This document shows, piece after piece, positions 1 through 13,900 of a stretch of DNA of 64,000 bases (position 1 is its first letter; each line of letters starts with the position of its first letter). The notes beneath the pieces were generated by a model that saw nothing but the letters and a program-made list of their open reading frames with translations, was not told where the DNA came from and did not search any database. The DNA lies in the NCBI GenBank assembly GCA_965235115.1, contig OZ249436.1, positions 20,090,001 to 20,154,000 on the forward strand, read 5' to 3'. The DNA comes from Laetmonice hystrix. Taxonomy: Eukaryota. The translations under genes and the position numbers were made by a program.

Positions 1-1775
1 TCTTGACTTGTCGCCAGAAATCAGGCCTTGGGACGCAGCAAGGAACCGTCGGGGCCCTGTCTGGCGTGTTGTTCTTGTCTTCGGCAACATTAAAACCAAC
101 ATTCGCACGTATCTTTGCTGAAGCGTGCGCGCCGATAAGAAGGCGATAAGGCCATGATTTCGGCACTAGCAATGTGTCGATTCCGATAAACCTACTCCAT
201 ATCCTGCGCTGTTTGTCGTAACATCAAATGGCTCAGTAAGCGGCCAGCTTCGATCGTTGATTAATCTGATGTAAAGCAGATCCATCGATTGGTGTTGAGT
301 AGAGCGGCAACTAACGATGATGGATTGTTCAGGTTTTCTATCCCTGGTCCCATTGTACGCCAGCCCGCCCCGCACCAAGCCAAGTCTGTATACTGGGGGG
401 TCTCTCCCGAGAAGCCAAGCAAATCTTGCACCGTCTCCGCCAGGCTTACAGGCCCTGGTGCCTAATGGCATCCCTGATTAGACTCATCCGTGCGGAGACT
501 TCACATTTACATAGGAGACCATGTGCGTTAAACACACGGCAAGCTTTGTTTTTATGAAACGGGGCGTTCATGAACTGTTATTCAGAGACTCTGAGTAGTA
601 TGGCGAGAGGATAGAACGCGAAGCAGCCTCAGGTACAGAAAGGACCACATGATTCGGTCGTGTGACTTGACTATGAGGGAGACAGGGGAAGGGGGAAAAG
701 TATTTTATTGCCAATCCAGATAGACTCCTGCTGTTTAAGGTCGAAATTTCATCTAGAATCGAGTCACGGCGAACATTGTGAATTAAAAGCTTATAGGTGT
801 ACCAAACTATATGGTTACGTGCTTCCAAACGCGGACACCCCACACCCGTAGGGCCTACACGACCCCATACAATGGACGCAGACCCTTATTACTTTATGAC
901 GTCATTTATCGAACGCATTGCGCATCATTTGTGTTTTTTTTGTAATCCAATCTAAACTGATTAACCTAATTTAGAATTAAATCCCCGTGCTGTTAATGAT
1001 TAAAAATGTCATTCTTGTTGCTGTTCAAAGCTATTAGCTTTATCCGCTAGCTATTGATCGATTATTTAAGGTTGGTTTATGCCAAGTCAGAGCGTGCGTC
1101 AAATAAAATGTTTCATGACAGGACAAAGAAAGATTCCAGTGTTCTAAGACAAATGTATTTAATTCTGGTAACAGTCTAAATACATGTACATATACCTGGG
1201 GATTCAAACGATGAGACAGCTGGAGGTCACCAAGCCCAAGGGTTTTAAAAATGTTATTGTGATATTGGGGTGTTTTAATCAATCCAGGCAGTGCGGGGTC
1301 CACGGAAGGTTCTACCTGACACGGGGACACGGATGTACACTTCTATAAAGCAGCCAAGGGGTTAAGAAGTGGGACCACGTCGAGAAATGTTCAAAGGCTC
1401 TTCATGAAGTTACCCTATGATAACAACTGCATTATGAAACCATTCACGGTATACTCTCCATGATCGTCAGTCTCGACCGAGCACATTAACAATCGCATAG
1501 CCTCATTTTTCCGAGGCCGTGTAGTCGAAACGTTTCTGAATCAACATTCCTTCCATGGTTCAGTGTGCCGCAGTGGGCCCTTCTAATTCACGATGCAGCC
1601 GTGCAGGTTTCGTGCCAATGCCACCGTTGGCGCTCAGTGTTTAAAAATCTCCTGCTGTAAAGTGTTTCCAACCTCCCACACCACAACCTTTGACTACAGC
1701 TGCAGCACCGCGTTTTACACATTTCTCATGGCAAGGAGTACGTCACAGGGCTCGAGAGGAATTGGGTTTGATATG

Positions 1776-1851
1776 CATCTGCATCTTACCAAAAAACATC
1801 ACGTACATCTGCATCTTACCAATAAACATCACGTCCATCTGTATGTTACCA
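1776..1851. repeat. 30-bp tandem repeat, about 2.5 copies, in the VWC2 3' UTR
   Basis: catctgcatcttaccaa(a/t)aaacatcacgt recurs at 1776, 1806 and 1836. Confidence 0.8.
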
Positions 1852-1907
1852 TCTCACACCCCATCAAGTACACGGTGATATCGGCGCTCACTCCACCTTG
1901 GCGTTAA

Positions 1908-4900
1908 TTACCACTCGATACAACCCGAGTGGCGGTAACAGATAGCACGGCGCTCATGACCCTGACCTTTGCGGGTATCCGATGACGAGGTCGTCCTCGA
2001 GGTGTCATCCTCCTCCGTCTCTTCGGGACAATAACATGAACGGCACTTGTCCACCCAAACGTCCTGCCCAGCTGGGATTATCAGATCATCAAGCCAACAA
2101 TTGGCACCTGCAAAAACCGACAGAGGGATTATTTAAACGGAAAGACGGAGTATTTGCTAACAGAGTCGCTTTTTATGTGTACCCGTTGGTGAGATATTTA
2201 AAAGACGAATGCACCTGCCTCAAACAATGTGAATAGAATGATTAGGTAGGCGGCCGCAGTCGTATGTCCTGAAAAGAAAAGGCAGAAATCCGATTGCCGT
2301 GATTAACGCTTTCATCTGTCATGTACACCTGTATTCAGCTGTGACGAGTGGGATCTCGACTGTAAGCAGATATAAGAAATATTCCTACTGCATGGGGGTG
2401 TCCGTTACCAGTATCTGGTCGGTTCTATAGCAACATTCTATACTCGTTGGTTCTAGCAATAACAGCCTGCCATCTGTATGGAGGGGACCGGACGGTGTGT
2501 GAATAGGCCGCGCCTAGGGCCACTCGGCCCTGTATGCCAGGGTGGCAATGGGACCAGCTGATGGAGCCAAGGGCCTGTCGGAGGGTGTGACCCCAACGTC
2601 TATCTTTCAGCGCCACCTGCCCACGGGTCAGCCCCGTTCAGCCGCTTTCAACCGGCTGAGCCAGCACGTCCGAGAAGGGCTCCCTAATTTGTAGTGTACT
2701 CTTTGTAGGTGGAGGTCAGTTAATCATTCGTTCCGGGTGATAAAATCCTCCGGGCTCAGAGACAACTTGTGATACATCTTTGATAAGGCACCTTGTATTC
2801 AATAACGCTTGCTCCATGAGGTATAGACCACATCCACCATTTTAAGATATAGGCTATTATAGCTGTAGGCCCTACAAAGATTTTGGATGTGGTTTGGGGG
2901 TTTAGGCCCCAGGAACAGTTCAGTTTGAACATACCGGGGCGGTCAGTATTATTGGTGGATACCGGAGTACCAGGAAAAATTACCGACCTGACAGAATATA
3001 ACTAACAAACCTTTCCACATGATGCTATAAGGGGATTCCAACCAAGACGTGACAAAGTACAAGGATCTCATGCCCAGTTTCGTGCCCATATTAAAGGTGC
3101 TATTCGTGAACAAAAATTCAATTTTTTTATTTTTAATTTTGTTGACGTTTATGTGATCCCACCTATCATGGAAATAGATTCACAACAAAGGAAATCAAAA
3201 TTTTTCATGGATAACGGCACAAATTGGGCTCTCTCAGAAGGCCTGTGGAGACCCTGACACGCCCCACCATAGGAAATGGCTCTATCTCGGTGCGCACCGA
3301 GATAGGTTTCAAGTGCTGCACACAAACTAATAGAAGGTTTATCAGGCCAATGGTATCGGTAGGAATTTTTTCTAGTACTATGTGCACAATGTATGATAGG
3401 AGAAATGCCATTCTGTGCGAGACGAATAGCACCTTTAAATCCTCCTTTTAGAGAATGTCAGCATTCCTTGCAGTACTCTAACTACAAAACGGTAGACATA
3501 TACAAGGACGTAGAAATAATAAGTAGACCTACATGTATAATAATTCCTTGTTATGCATATTTAATGTTGATTAATCTCCTTCACATAGACTTCATTCCTT
3601 GGCGGGTAGTGGCTACTAATACCACCAAACCATTCGATAAAGCAGGAAGTGCTCATATGACAATTGCCTCGTATAATATTCCCAGACCTCATTTGTTTCC
3701 GGGAAAGAAGGAAGCGTGAGAACGTATCGTATAACGTTTTGATGTTGTGGCAGTCCTGTAAACAATTAGTCACGTTCACCAGCTGCTGACAGCGACACGT
3801 GAGGGATCACGTGCTGTGGCCGTAACCTTTCCTTGTCACGCACAACCTTGTTATGATCCTAGAAATCATGGCAGGTACGCAGCGTCGAATACACCCCAGC
3901 ACGATCGAAAACCACCCAACCAATATCTTTTGACTTTGAATCAGTTTGGCAGAATAATAATGTGCCTTTTTAATACAATGTTTTTTAATAGACTTTCCCG
4001 TGAGTTCTACTTTAACTTATTAATTGATTTTCAGAAACAATGAAGTAAAATGTGTTTAGGTTTAATTACTGCCTTGCCCTTTAGCACATGTGAGACGTGA
4101 AAGGTTGAACTTGAGCGTTACACCCGCTCCCCTCGGCCAGGCGGCGCCGTTCACCATACACTGATGCCATGAAGTGGAGGTCCGGGGATGTGGTGGGAAT
4201 GGGGTGGGGGGTGGGGTGGGGGGTTACGTCACTCCGGTATATATGCTACATGCTATATGCTAACCGGCCGGGTATTTCCAAATCACGCCTCCAAATATCC
4301 TAACCAACCCCACACTCGCCCACCCCCACACAAGTAGGCCTACATGGATGATGGATGACAGATTAAATTTTGATTTAAATGTCAGGCGTACATGTATACA
4401 CGAAGGTTACAAAATAACTGATGTTTTACACTACCACCCCCCCCCCCCACCCCCCACCCCTTCACACAACGAAACCAATCCAAGTAATTACTTTCAGGAA
4501 GGTCTACCCCAGGAAACCTGAAGTCTCCACTAATTCTCAGCCTATCTCAAGGAATGTCATATCCCTGACGGCGGCGTCTTGATAGACCTTCACTATGTAC
4601 ATCATGATGAAGATTGTGTGCCGCCTGCTGGCACTCGTTGTTCTGGCAATTTGCAAACTAGTATGAATGCCTCTGTTTCTGCGAATAGCTTCGCGTGGCG
4701 GTAAGAAAAGCACATGTGGAAATCAATAAAAGTCGAAGCAGATTGACATGAACAAATGAACAGGTAGAGTTCATAATCAAAATCACAATGGTGACAGAGG
4801 AGAGGTTTCTTTTCTTCATTTATTCCCGTCAACGTATCATTTACATTATTTCAAAATCAGAAAGATGTAAATCAATTTCTTCCTGGGCTTGGAATTTTAC

Positions 4901-7900
4901 CCGGTTACAGCTGAGCTGTCAAATCATTGCCTGTTTCTATCAACCAACCGCAGTGTTTCTTGTGTTTCCTAGAGAACTCATCGCCGCAGTGGATTCTGTA
5001 ATATTATATTGAGACTGTGATGACCAGACACCAATGATGGGAATCCTATAAGTCATGGATTGAAAGCGTGGTTTTATCTGCCCCGCACATCTCTCTTTGT
5101 CTTCGTAACCTCTGAACACCACCGTGAGCCAGGCCATGGATAGTTGTCGCAATGCCCGGTTGGTGAACAGAGTAGTTTATGGAAATGGCGATTTGAGTCA
5201 GGCAAACACTCAAACGGTACAGAAATTCATGGCGGTGTTGGTATATGACTATAATGCTGAAGTCAGATACGCAGGCTACTGACTAGATTCTATAGCATCT
5301 ATGATCTATTTCCGTTAGATTTGATTTACGGAATTAACTGGTCTCTGCGATGTACAGCCTAATTAGACACACACAATAAGCCCTGTAACTATGTTATCTT
5401 CGTTCGAACTATTGGCAAGAGTATGGTGTGTGATCACTTCCATGCATGCTCTTTGCTATTAGGCTAAAGTGACATCGTTAGTATCTTCGAGAATAAAACA
5501 CTTACCTGTCCCCTATTATAGTCACATATTGACATATATATGAAGACACACTGTTACTGCAATACTGCAGTATGATGATTTCTGTTAACTAAAACTCGGA
5601 CAGAAGCTAAAACATGATAATTAGCAGGAGTTTGAATTTGCCTCCGCTCCCTGGAAGGGGCGCTGCAAATGACGTCGAGCAACATCCCATAATAGTCCTA
5701 GGTCTTCAGGTATCGCTCCACCATATTTGATCATCATCATACGCTTGCTTTGTAAATATGCCGACGAGGGCTTTTAAGCGACGAAAGTCAATATATGCAG
5801 CAGAATCAGTTATAAAACTGAGAAAGGAGTTGGGCAGAAGACGTGACAGTGCTCGTGGCATTGAAATAGATCGGTGGATGGCCTTGAAACCCCACACTCC
5901 GAGCGTCACCTTAGACTGTGAGAGGCGCCCAGCACTGTTACTGAGCGTGGGAATTCCCCTGTTAGTACACGGTTATCGAAAATGGCCAAGCGGTTTGAAG
6001 GCAAAGCGTTAGATTGAAACGTAGTCAGCTGAGCATTCTCACACTACATGTAGTTGGTCTCACTTCAATTTATTTGAGTTTTACATATGACACTAAGCTG
6101 ATTTATATGGCAGGGGTTCGATATTGGCAGGTTTAAAACATTTTTTAGGCCTACCTTTAATTCTTTTACTGTTAGTATTGGGTACTCGATCGTTGAAAAC
6201 TGTAATTTGACAAACTACAATATATGAATAGAATACTACACATCTGTTTGAAAAATACATCAAAGCACTTAAGTCTTTACTAAGGTTCAATTGATGTCTG
6301 CCATTTGTAAGTCGTACACGTGACAAGCCTACACTTGGCGTTTGTTTTATAAACGTGACCGAGACAGGGATAAGCGACGTATTTGTCAGTGTATGGCCGT
6401 ATTATAATGATAGATGAATGTAGTGAAATATACAGCAGCAATATTTTTCGCTTGCAAAGAAAACTTGCATTCTATTCCCGTCAACCCTGGATAGAAAATG
6501 GTCATAAATGGACGTAATCTGTACACGGAAAAACCCACAGAAAAACATTCATTTCAACATTGAAACTAATAAATGGATGTAATGTGTACACGGAGAGAAC
6601 CACAGAAAAACATTCATTTCAACAGTAAAACTAATAAATGGATGTAATCTGTACACGGAGAGAACCACAGAAAAACATTCATTTCAACAGTAAAACCAAT
6701 AAATGGATGTAATGTGTACACGGAGAGAACCAGGGAAAAACATTCATTTCAACATTGAAACTAATATATGGATGTAATGTGTACACGGAGACAACCACGC
6801 CCCAGCGGTGCTCAGTGACACAGAAAAACATTCTCAACACTGAAACTAATGACCAGGGACAACAATACGATGGCGCGGTGTCGAAATCTTGCCAATTTGG
6901 CGACTATAGTGTCGCCACGCTAATTTTAATAAGCATACTAGAATTATCAAGGCGTCAAGAAGCCCCAGATGCTCAGAAAGAATGATAAATCGGAAATTGT
7001 ATCGATTTACTATGACTTATAGGGAAATACTTGAGGTCGACATCAATGTTATTATGCGGCCACCTGCAGGGCGTCCTCGCGCGCCCCCGACAGTAAGAGG
7101 ATGTAGTCATGTTTATGTTCAGCATACATTAGGATTGCAGGGCCTGCGCTCGGACTTTTCTATACTTATTCATTACCTGAGAGGCAAGAGATATTCCTCC
7201 GCAGAAAACGAACATTTTTAAAAGTCGCCTTTGATTTTACACATAATTTGTAGTTAACTTCTTAAAAGAAAGTCTTGTGTAGCCGATGCAAACAAATGAT
7301 CTCATAATAAGTGTAGAATTTGTCTAAATCCGCTTTAATATGAGCAACACAGATCGCGATTATGAGATTACTGTGTCTAATCACGCTTCGAACAAACATT
7401 GCAGAGAGATACGTGATTAACGAGTAAAAAGTATCACTTCCGTTGTTTTCTGGCTCAGCGTCGATGGCGTAATTCGATCAGTCAAAATAAGAAGCAGTTG
7501 ATAGGTTGTAAATGACGTTCATGTGCATATCGGGTTAGGATTTCTATGTTATCGGGCTATTTAAAAAATATATCTGCGATAACACCTCGTCTCGTTTACA
7601 AAGAAACCAAAGATAGTGATGTAAGTAGAGACAGAGGTTTGACGAGTGTAACACAGCCGTCCAGTCACGATAAATGAGTGTTTATACACGTGTATATCTC
7701 TAAACACAACACGAACGTAACATATTAACGCAATAACTTCTAACTGAAGCCAGATTTCGAAGGCTGCAACACTTAGGTCAATAGCATGTAACGTTTATTT
7801 CTTACCATCCCGGACAGGCGTCGTTTGGAGATAAATCTGCTCTGATGTGAAATTAACTGAAGCATAATGTATAGCCTATGTCCGGTGATCAGTTATCGGA

Positions 7901-10900
7901 ACGACGGCATACAAAAGTGGGACTGGGCCGTGCGTTCTATGCCTGCAGGGTCCTCTACAGTCAGCGAACACGACGACGGCATACAAAAGTGGGACTGGGC
8001 CGTGCGCTCTATGCCTGCAGGGGTCTCTATAGTCAGCGAACACGACGACGGCATACAATAGTGGGACTGGGCCGTGCGCTCTATGCCTGCAGGGGTCTCT
8101 ATAGTCAGCGAACACGACGACGGCATACAATAGTGGGACTGGGCCGTGCGCTCTATGCCTGCAGGGGTCTCTACAGTCAGCGAACACGACGACGGCATAC
8201 AATAGTGGGACTGGGCCGTGCGCTCTATGCCTGCAGGGGTTTCTACAGTCAGCGAACACGACGACGGCATACAATAGTGGGACTGGGCCGTGCGCTCTAT
8301 GCCTGCAGGGGTCTCTATAGTCAGCGAACACGACGACGGCATACAATAGTGGGACTGGGCCGTGCGTTCTATGCCTGCAGGGGTCTCTACAGTCAGTGAA
8401 CACGACGACGGCATACAATAGTGGGACTGGGCCGTGCGCTCTATGCCTGCAGGGTCCTCTACAGTCAGCGAACACGACGACGGCATACAATAGTGGGACT
8501 GGGCCGTGCGCTCTATGCCTGCAGGGGTCTCTACAGTCAGTGAACACGACGACGGCATACAATAGTGGGACTGGGCCGTGCGCTCTATGCCTGCAGGGGT
8601 CTCTACAGTCAGTGAACACGACGACAGCATACAATAGTGGGACTGGGCCGTGCGCTCTATGCCTGCAGGGGTTTCTACAGTCAGTGAACACGACGACGGC
8701 ATACAATAGTGGGACTGGGCCGTGCGCTCTATGCCTGCAGGGGTCTCTACAGTCAGCGAACACGACGACGGCATACAATAGTGGGACTGGGCCGTGCGCT
8801 CTATGCCTGCAGGGGTCTCTACAGTCAGCTCCGTATAATGGACACACCTATCAATGGTGTCAGGACATCATACAATACACCCCCGAGTATGCCCCTTCCG
8901 TTCGATTAAGTGTTACACCAAAGGACAATTTGTAGGAATTGCGGCGCTTTAGGGCACAGGACGAGCGTTTTCAAAGGACGCCCCGCTAATGGGTAGGCGC
9001 ATGTCATGTGTACGGCCTTTGTATAATAAAATATAATATGGCTATGTTATGACCCGTTTGCACCTGATCCATGTAGAGTTTGACCACCCTCTTGACCTCC
9101 ATACAACACACCCTAGAGCTTAGGATATTGTTTCTAATAGGAACCTAACAAATTAGTTTCGTACTATTGTGGGAATACTAAGTATTTTGTTTATAAGTCT
9201 ATAGGGCCTAATCCATGCACAGGGGGCAACAATCGAACGCAGGAAAGGAAAATATTTACAGGATAACAGTGCCTGGTGGAAGGGGATTGGCGCAGCGAAA
9301 AGTTCTTTATGTAACGGAAACCGGATCTGATTCATTGTTTTTTCTAATGACTACATCAGGCGAGTCGGTGGCATACCAGCGCTGACAGCCAAACCGTACA
9401 TTAGCGATAGATGGATGTTGGTGTCAATTACAGGCAAATCCGTTATAATAGAACGCTGAGGGTAACACGCAAACGTTCTCAGGAGTAGTCGCCTCCAGCA
9501 GAATCGTCGACGCCGGGCAATAATACAGAAATAACACACGACGCCCTGGAGGAAGTCTGACTGATCACGGCATGGGCCGAGGAAGACGGTGGAATTATTA
9601 GTCCAACATTTGATCGACTCTTGTTGACACAGATTATATCGATAGAATGATGAATTCAACACGGTAGATTCCCACGATAGGCGCATCATAACGTCTCCCA
9701 GTGCTGGGCGCCGATATCGGCCCAGAAGTGTCGTGGTGATGGTGGGTTACTTAGTGTATGACCTGACTGGTTGGCTTGGGATGCGGCTATAACGAGGAAG
9801 CTATACTTAGGTGACATAACCATGAATCACTACCAGGGGGGGGTTTACTGCATTCACCTTCCATCAGCCGGGGACATTGAGCGGTAACCACGTAACGCCA
9901 GAGATACACAGCAGCTATGGAGACGGAGACGGCGGCCGTTCGTCTAATTACCATTGGGATATCATTTTAATTGGTACACCGTTACCATAGAATTCGTCGA
10001 CCGATTCTTGCCATCCCCTAACCAACATGTTTTTCCATATGAGGCTGATCCAGTGGTTCTCGCGGAGGATCGTGATCGGCCAGTAAGGAGGAGGCACGGG
10101 CGAGGAGTGGGTGGGGGTGGGGTGAGCACACAGGGGAGGCAGGAGACAGGATTATCCCATTTTACCACATTACAGTGCTCTGAATAAGGTAAAGTTTCTC
10201 GTCCTTTTCCCCCAGAGGCCATGCACCTTCCCCAGAGCCACAACTGCTGGTGTCAGGCGCTTTCCGCACATTTGACGGGGCCTGCTGGTATCCTATCACA
10301 AACCTTTACCTGCATGTTTTCGAGTGTTGTCATGCTCCATGACGTCCATGACCAGGGCAGTAGATAACACCCCCGGGTAGACTGAACGTCATAGATTAAT
10401 CCTTCATTAATCAAAACCCAGTACATTAGAACTCATGAGCTCCTGAATTCAAACAGGTCGCAGGTAGGTAATCTGGATAAATTTCATGATTTTCATATCA
10501 AACCACTGACTGGTTATACGGGCAGGTGGACGGGTCGCATTCAAACACATACATGTACATCCATACAACAAAAGCCTTTTGTCAAAGCCACTGTTTTCCT
10601 TTACGTATACCTTGACATGCAATCATCCTCTCTGACCAGTCATGTAGTGTTCGCTTACACCATAAACACTACACCAAACGCTCCGATCTCTACAAATTCT
10701 GTACCCCTGCCCGCCCAGACATCTCTTTACGTCCTGGTCAACTCGGTGCAGCTACTTCTCCGACGAGTGTGCCATCAAAGTTGGTCCGGCTTGAAACTGA
10801 TGAATACATCATAACCTAACGCACACATGAGATGCACCGACTGTGTAAAGCACACATGAGATGCTCCGACTGTGTAAAGCACACATGAGATGCAACTACT

Positions 10901-13900
10901 GAGTAGCACATCCTGTGTGCACATAAAAAGGAATACATCAAAGCCTAACGGCCGAAGGGCCAAACGGTCGCAAGGTACATCTTGGGGACGTCACTGCGGA
11001 CGTGGAACAAGGGAAGAACTTCAAAGGAAGATGTTTCCAATAACAAGAGGGACGACCAGCTTCTCCCAAAGATCAGCCGTGTCACGTTGTACCTATGCAA
11101 CCCAATCAGGCTTGAAACAGGTTTGACAAATCAAAAAACACCTGACTTCCTGTGTGAATTAAGGCAATGGAGATAGCAGGGACACATGCATTTTAACATA
11201 TTTAAGAAGTCCAAGTGAGATTTTACGTATAGACAGAAAATGGCTTCGTGAAAATTGAAGGGAAGCTCGCGTAGATAAAAATGGAATATCTGCGTTAGCA
11301 AAAACATTCGTGTTGGAAACACTCAAGAGTTCAAGCAATATACGAAGGAGTCAGTCCCAGAGAATGACATACAGGATAATCGCATTTCGAATAAATGCAG
11401 ATTCATTCAGGAATCGATGCGATTCGACTCCAATAGAAGTTTTGGGACCGATAGATGGGGCTGTGCGGAACCATTGTTCCTTGGCCCTTCACCCAGCTTC
11501 ACAGTTCCGCAACTAGAGGTTATACGAGGAGGTTATGCTATCACGTTTGGCCATATCTTCCCATTTCAGATTGCGAGATAGAAATTTGTGCCTCGATTGG
11601 ACCAGGGGGCAGCGGGTTGATATTGCCACTATACGGAATGTACCGGCAGACTTGGTCGATGATGGAAGACACCGACGAACACTCGGCATGGGCTGCTGCC
11701 TCACCTCTTCAACTCAACTCCTCGTGTGTCAGGTAGAACTGTCTATAGGGGGCCGCCCACTATCCCAAGGTGGTCATATTAAGATCCTGTTTTCTGAATG
11801 CACGTTTTTTTTCAGCGTTAACGCTAGTGGCACTTCGTCTTCCATTGGCTTGTCCTTGGACTAGATTACGGTAGCTATAAATGTGACCCATATCATGGCG
11901 TCTCCTTCGCTCTAGATGGGATCCCAGCATAATGTGGGCGGTATTGATAGAGTCGTGAAGCACGGCTTCTCCGTATCTCGCTTGGGTATACATTAGCAGC
12001 AGACACCTCCAGTACCAATCGTGTTACTGTTAATGTATACCACTCATCGGGCAGAGGAGAGGACCGTGTTGGCCAGCATTAGCCAATAACGCAACAACCA
12101 CTCAACCAATTACAGCCCTGACGACGTCACGCGTGCGGCGTAACACCTCAACTCTCCGCCAGGTGAGACACGTGACGTGTGGTTGTCACGTGTGTGGTTG
12201 TCACGGACAACGAACTCTGGTCTCTTCGTCAGATATCTCTCACCTCCTGTCACAGAGTTTACAACACGCATCTGGTTATAGCTCATAATGGAGTGGTGCT
12301 TCTCCTTTTGTATCCAGTATAAATGGGTATTAACGGTCGGGCCGCAGTATTGTTATAGGTTAAGGCTGGTACCATTAGAGTCCTGGTTGTATCAATATCA
12401 TCAGGCTAAGTCTCATTATGGCAGTCCCTGCGGAACAATAAAAAGGTGTCGCCATAACACAGTGGTCATGGCTGAAGATCTGTTTGCTTTTATGCTGGCT
12501 ATGGTTATACCGGGACAACCACAAATTAATCCTTTGGTGTCGCCAATCCATAAAAGGTCCGTGCAGTCTGCACGGAAACTCCATTTGTCGATGCGATATG
12601 GCCGCCAGTGGCCACGGGCCCTGTGGGCGTTAGTAGAACGGAAGATCACAGAGTGAACCGAACATGCAGCCAGCCAGGTCTCCCGGGAAACGTACTACTT
12701 TACCTGTCTGGGGCACACAGATATATACACAACACTTGGAAAGGTTTTCAATCCAGATCATTCACGAAAATTGGACTCGACCAAGATGACAGATTGTCAA
12801 CCGCGGATTCATCTATATCATAAAGGGCCGTTTCATTTGGGTTCCATTTTTTCTATTAGAAACCAAAACATAATGAATAAATAAACAAGGAAAAGATTAA
12901 CCCCCCTTACAGAAATAAGATGAACTCCACCATATAGCATCAAGTGCAAAATATACCAAACGTTCAGGATGGAGGGAATATAACGGTGAAAATTGTCTTC
13001 ATGAGATAAAGGAAAAGTTAACTCCATTGATTTCCCTTGTTACTTTTACCAAACAATGTTTTGGATTGAGAGGAGGCACATTGGCAGATATACCCAGTCC
13101 TAGCCTCGCCCCGTTTATCTGTGTAATTAAAACACGGCAGACAACGTGCGCTCGCAGTCCTGAGCCAACTAATTTCCTGAAGATTTCTCCCAGGCCATGA
13201 CAGCCGCATGATATAGTGATTACAAGATCAATGCCCCTGGATATTTGACAAGATCAATTTTACAAGTAATTTTCAGACAGTACTTTTGCACCAATGGCTA
13301 CAGAGACGCTACTCATTCCAAACCACAATTAAAAAATATATAAACAAAAAGGTGGACTTATAAATTTGAAGGCGAATTGATCTTTGTCGTACTGTTAAAA
13401 ATGTCTATGGTCTTATTGCCGAGTAAACAATGTGCAGAAATCTTATAATATCGTTTATAGAATGTGGAGCTATTCTGGATTCAAACTGTTGAACTCAAAT
13501 TTCTCGGCATTATTACAGCAGTTGCTTCAGGTTTCTCGAATCGGGAAATCATGTTGCACAACCTCGATGGTACTGCATGCTGCTAGATCTCGAATCGGCA
13601 GTCATTCCAAATTCGTTGTCAGAATAAAAAAAGAGGCCTGTTATGGAGATTACGTTACAGTTATACTGCATATTTAATATATTGATGGTGGCGACCAACA
13701 TTTGGACGGTTGTACGTATAGTATCCTCACACATGCAGGCTCAACATACAAGGTAAACAAATAACAAGGGTTTCGCCCTCCTCCAAGTGTTGACATGTTG
13801 GCAAACACGATTAGGTCCCCGAAAACCCTTGTGTTGTGTCATTTGCCATTAGAAGCCATTAGAAACTCATGACATAGAAGGCGCCATCGATATTTTTACC

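Noticed and set aside
7867..8935. Long ORFs (173-323 aa) on both strands
   Set aside because: Translations of a 72-bp stop-poor repeat inside an intron, with no domain or splice support.
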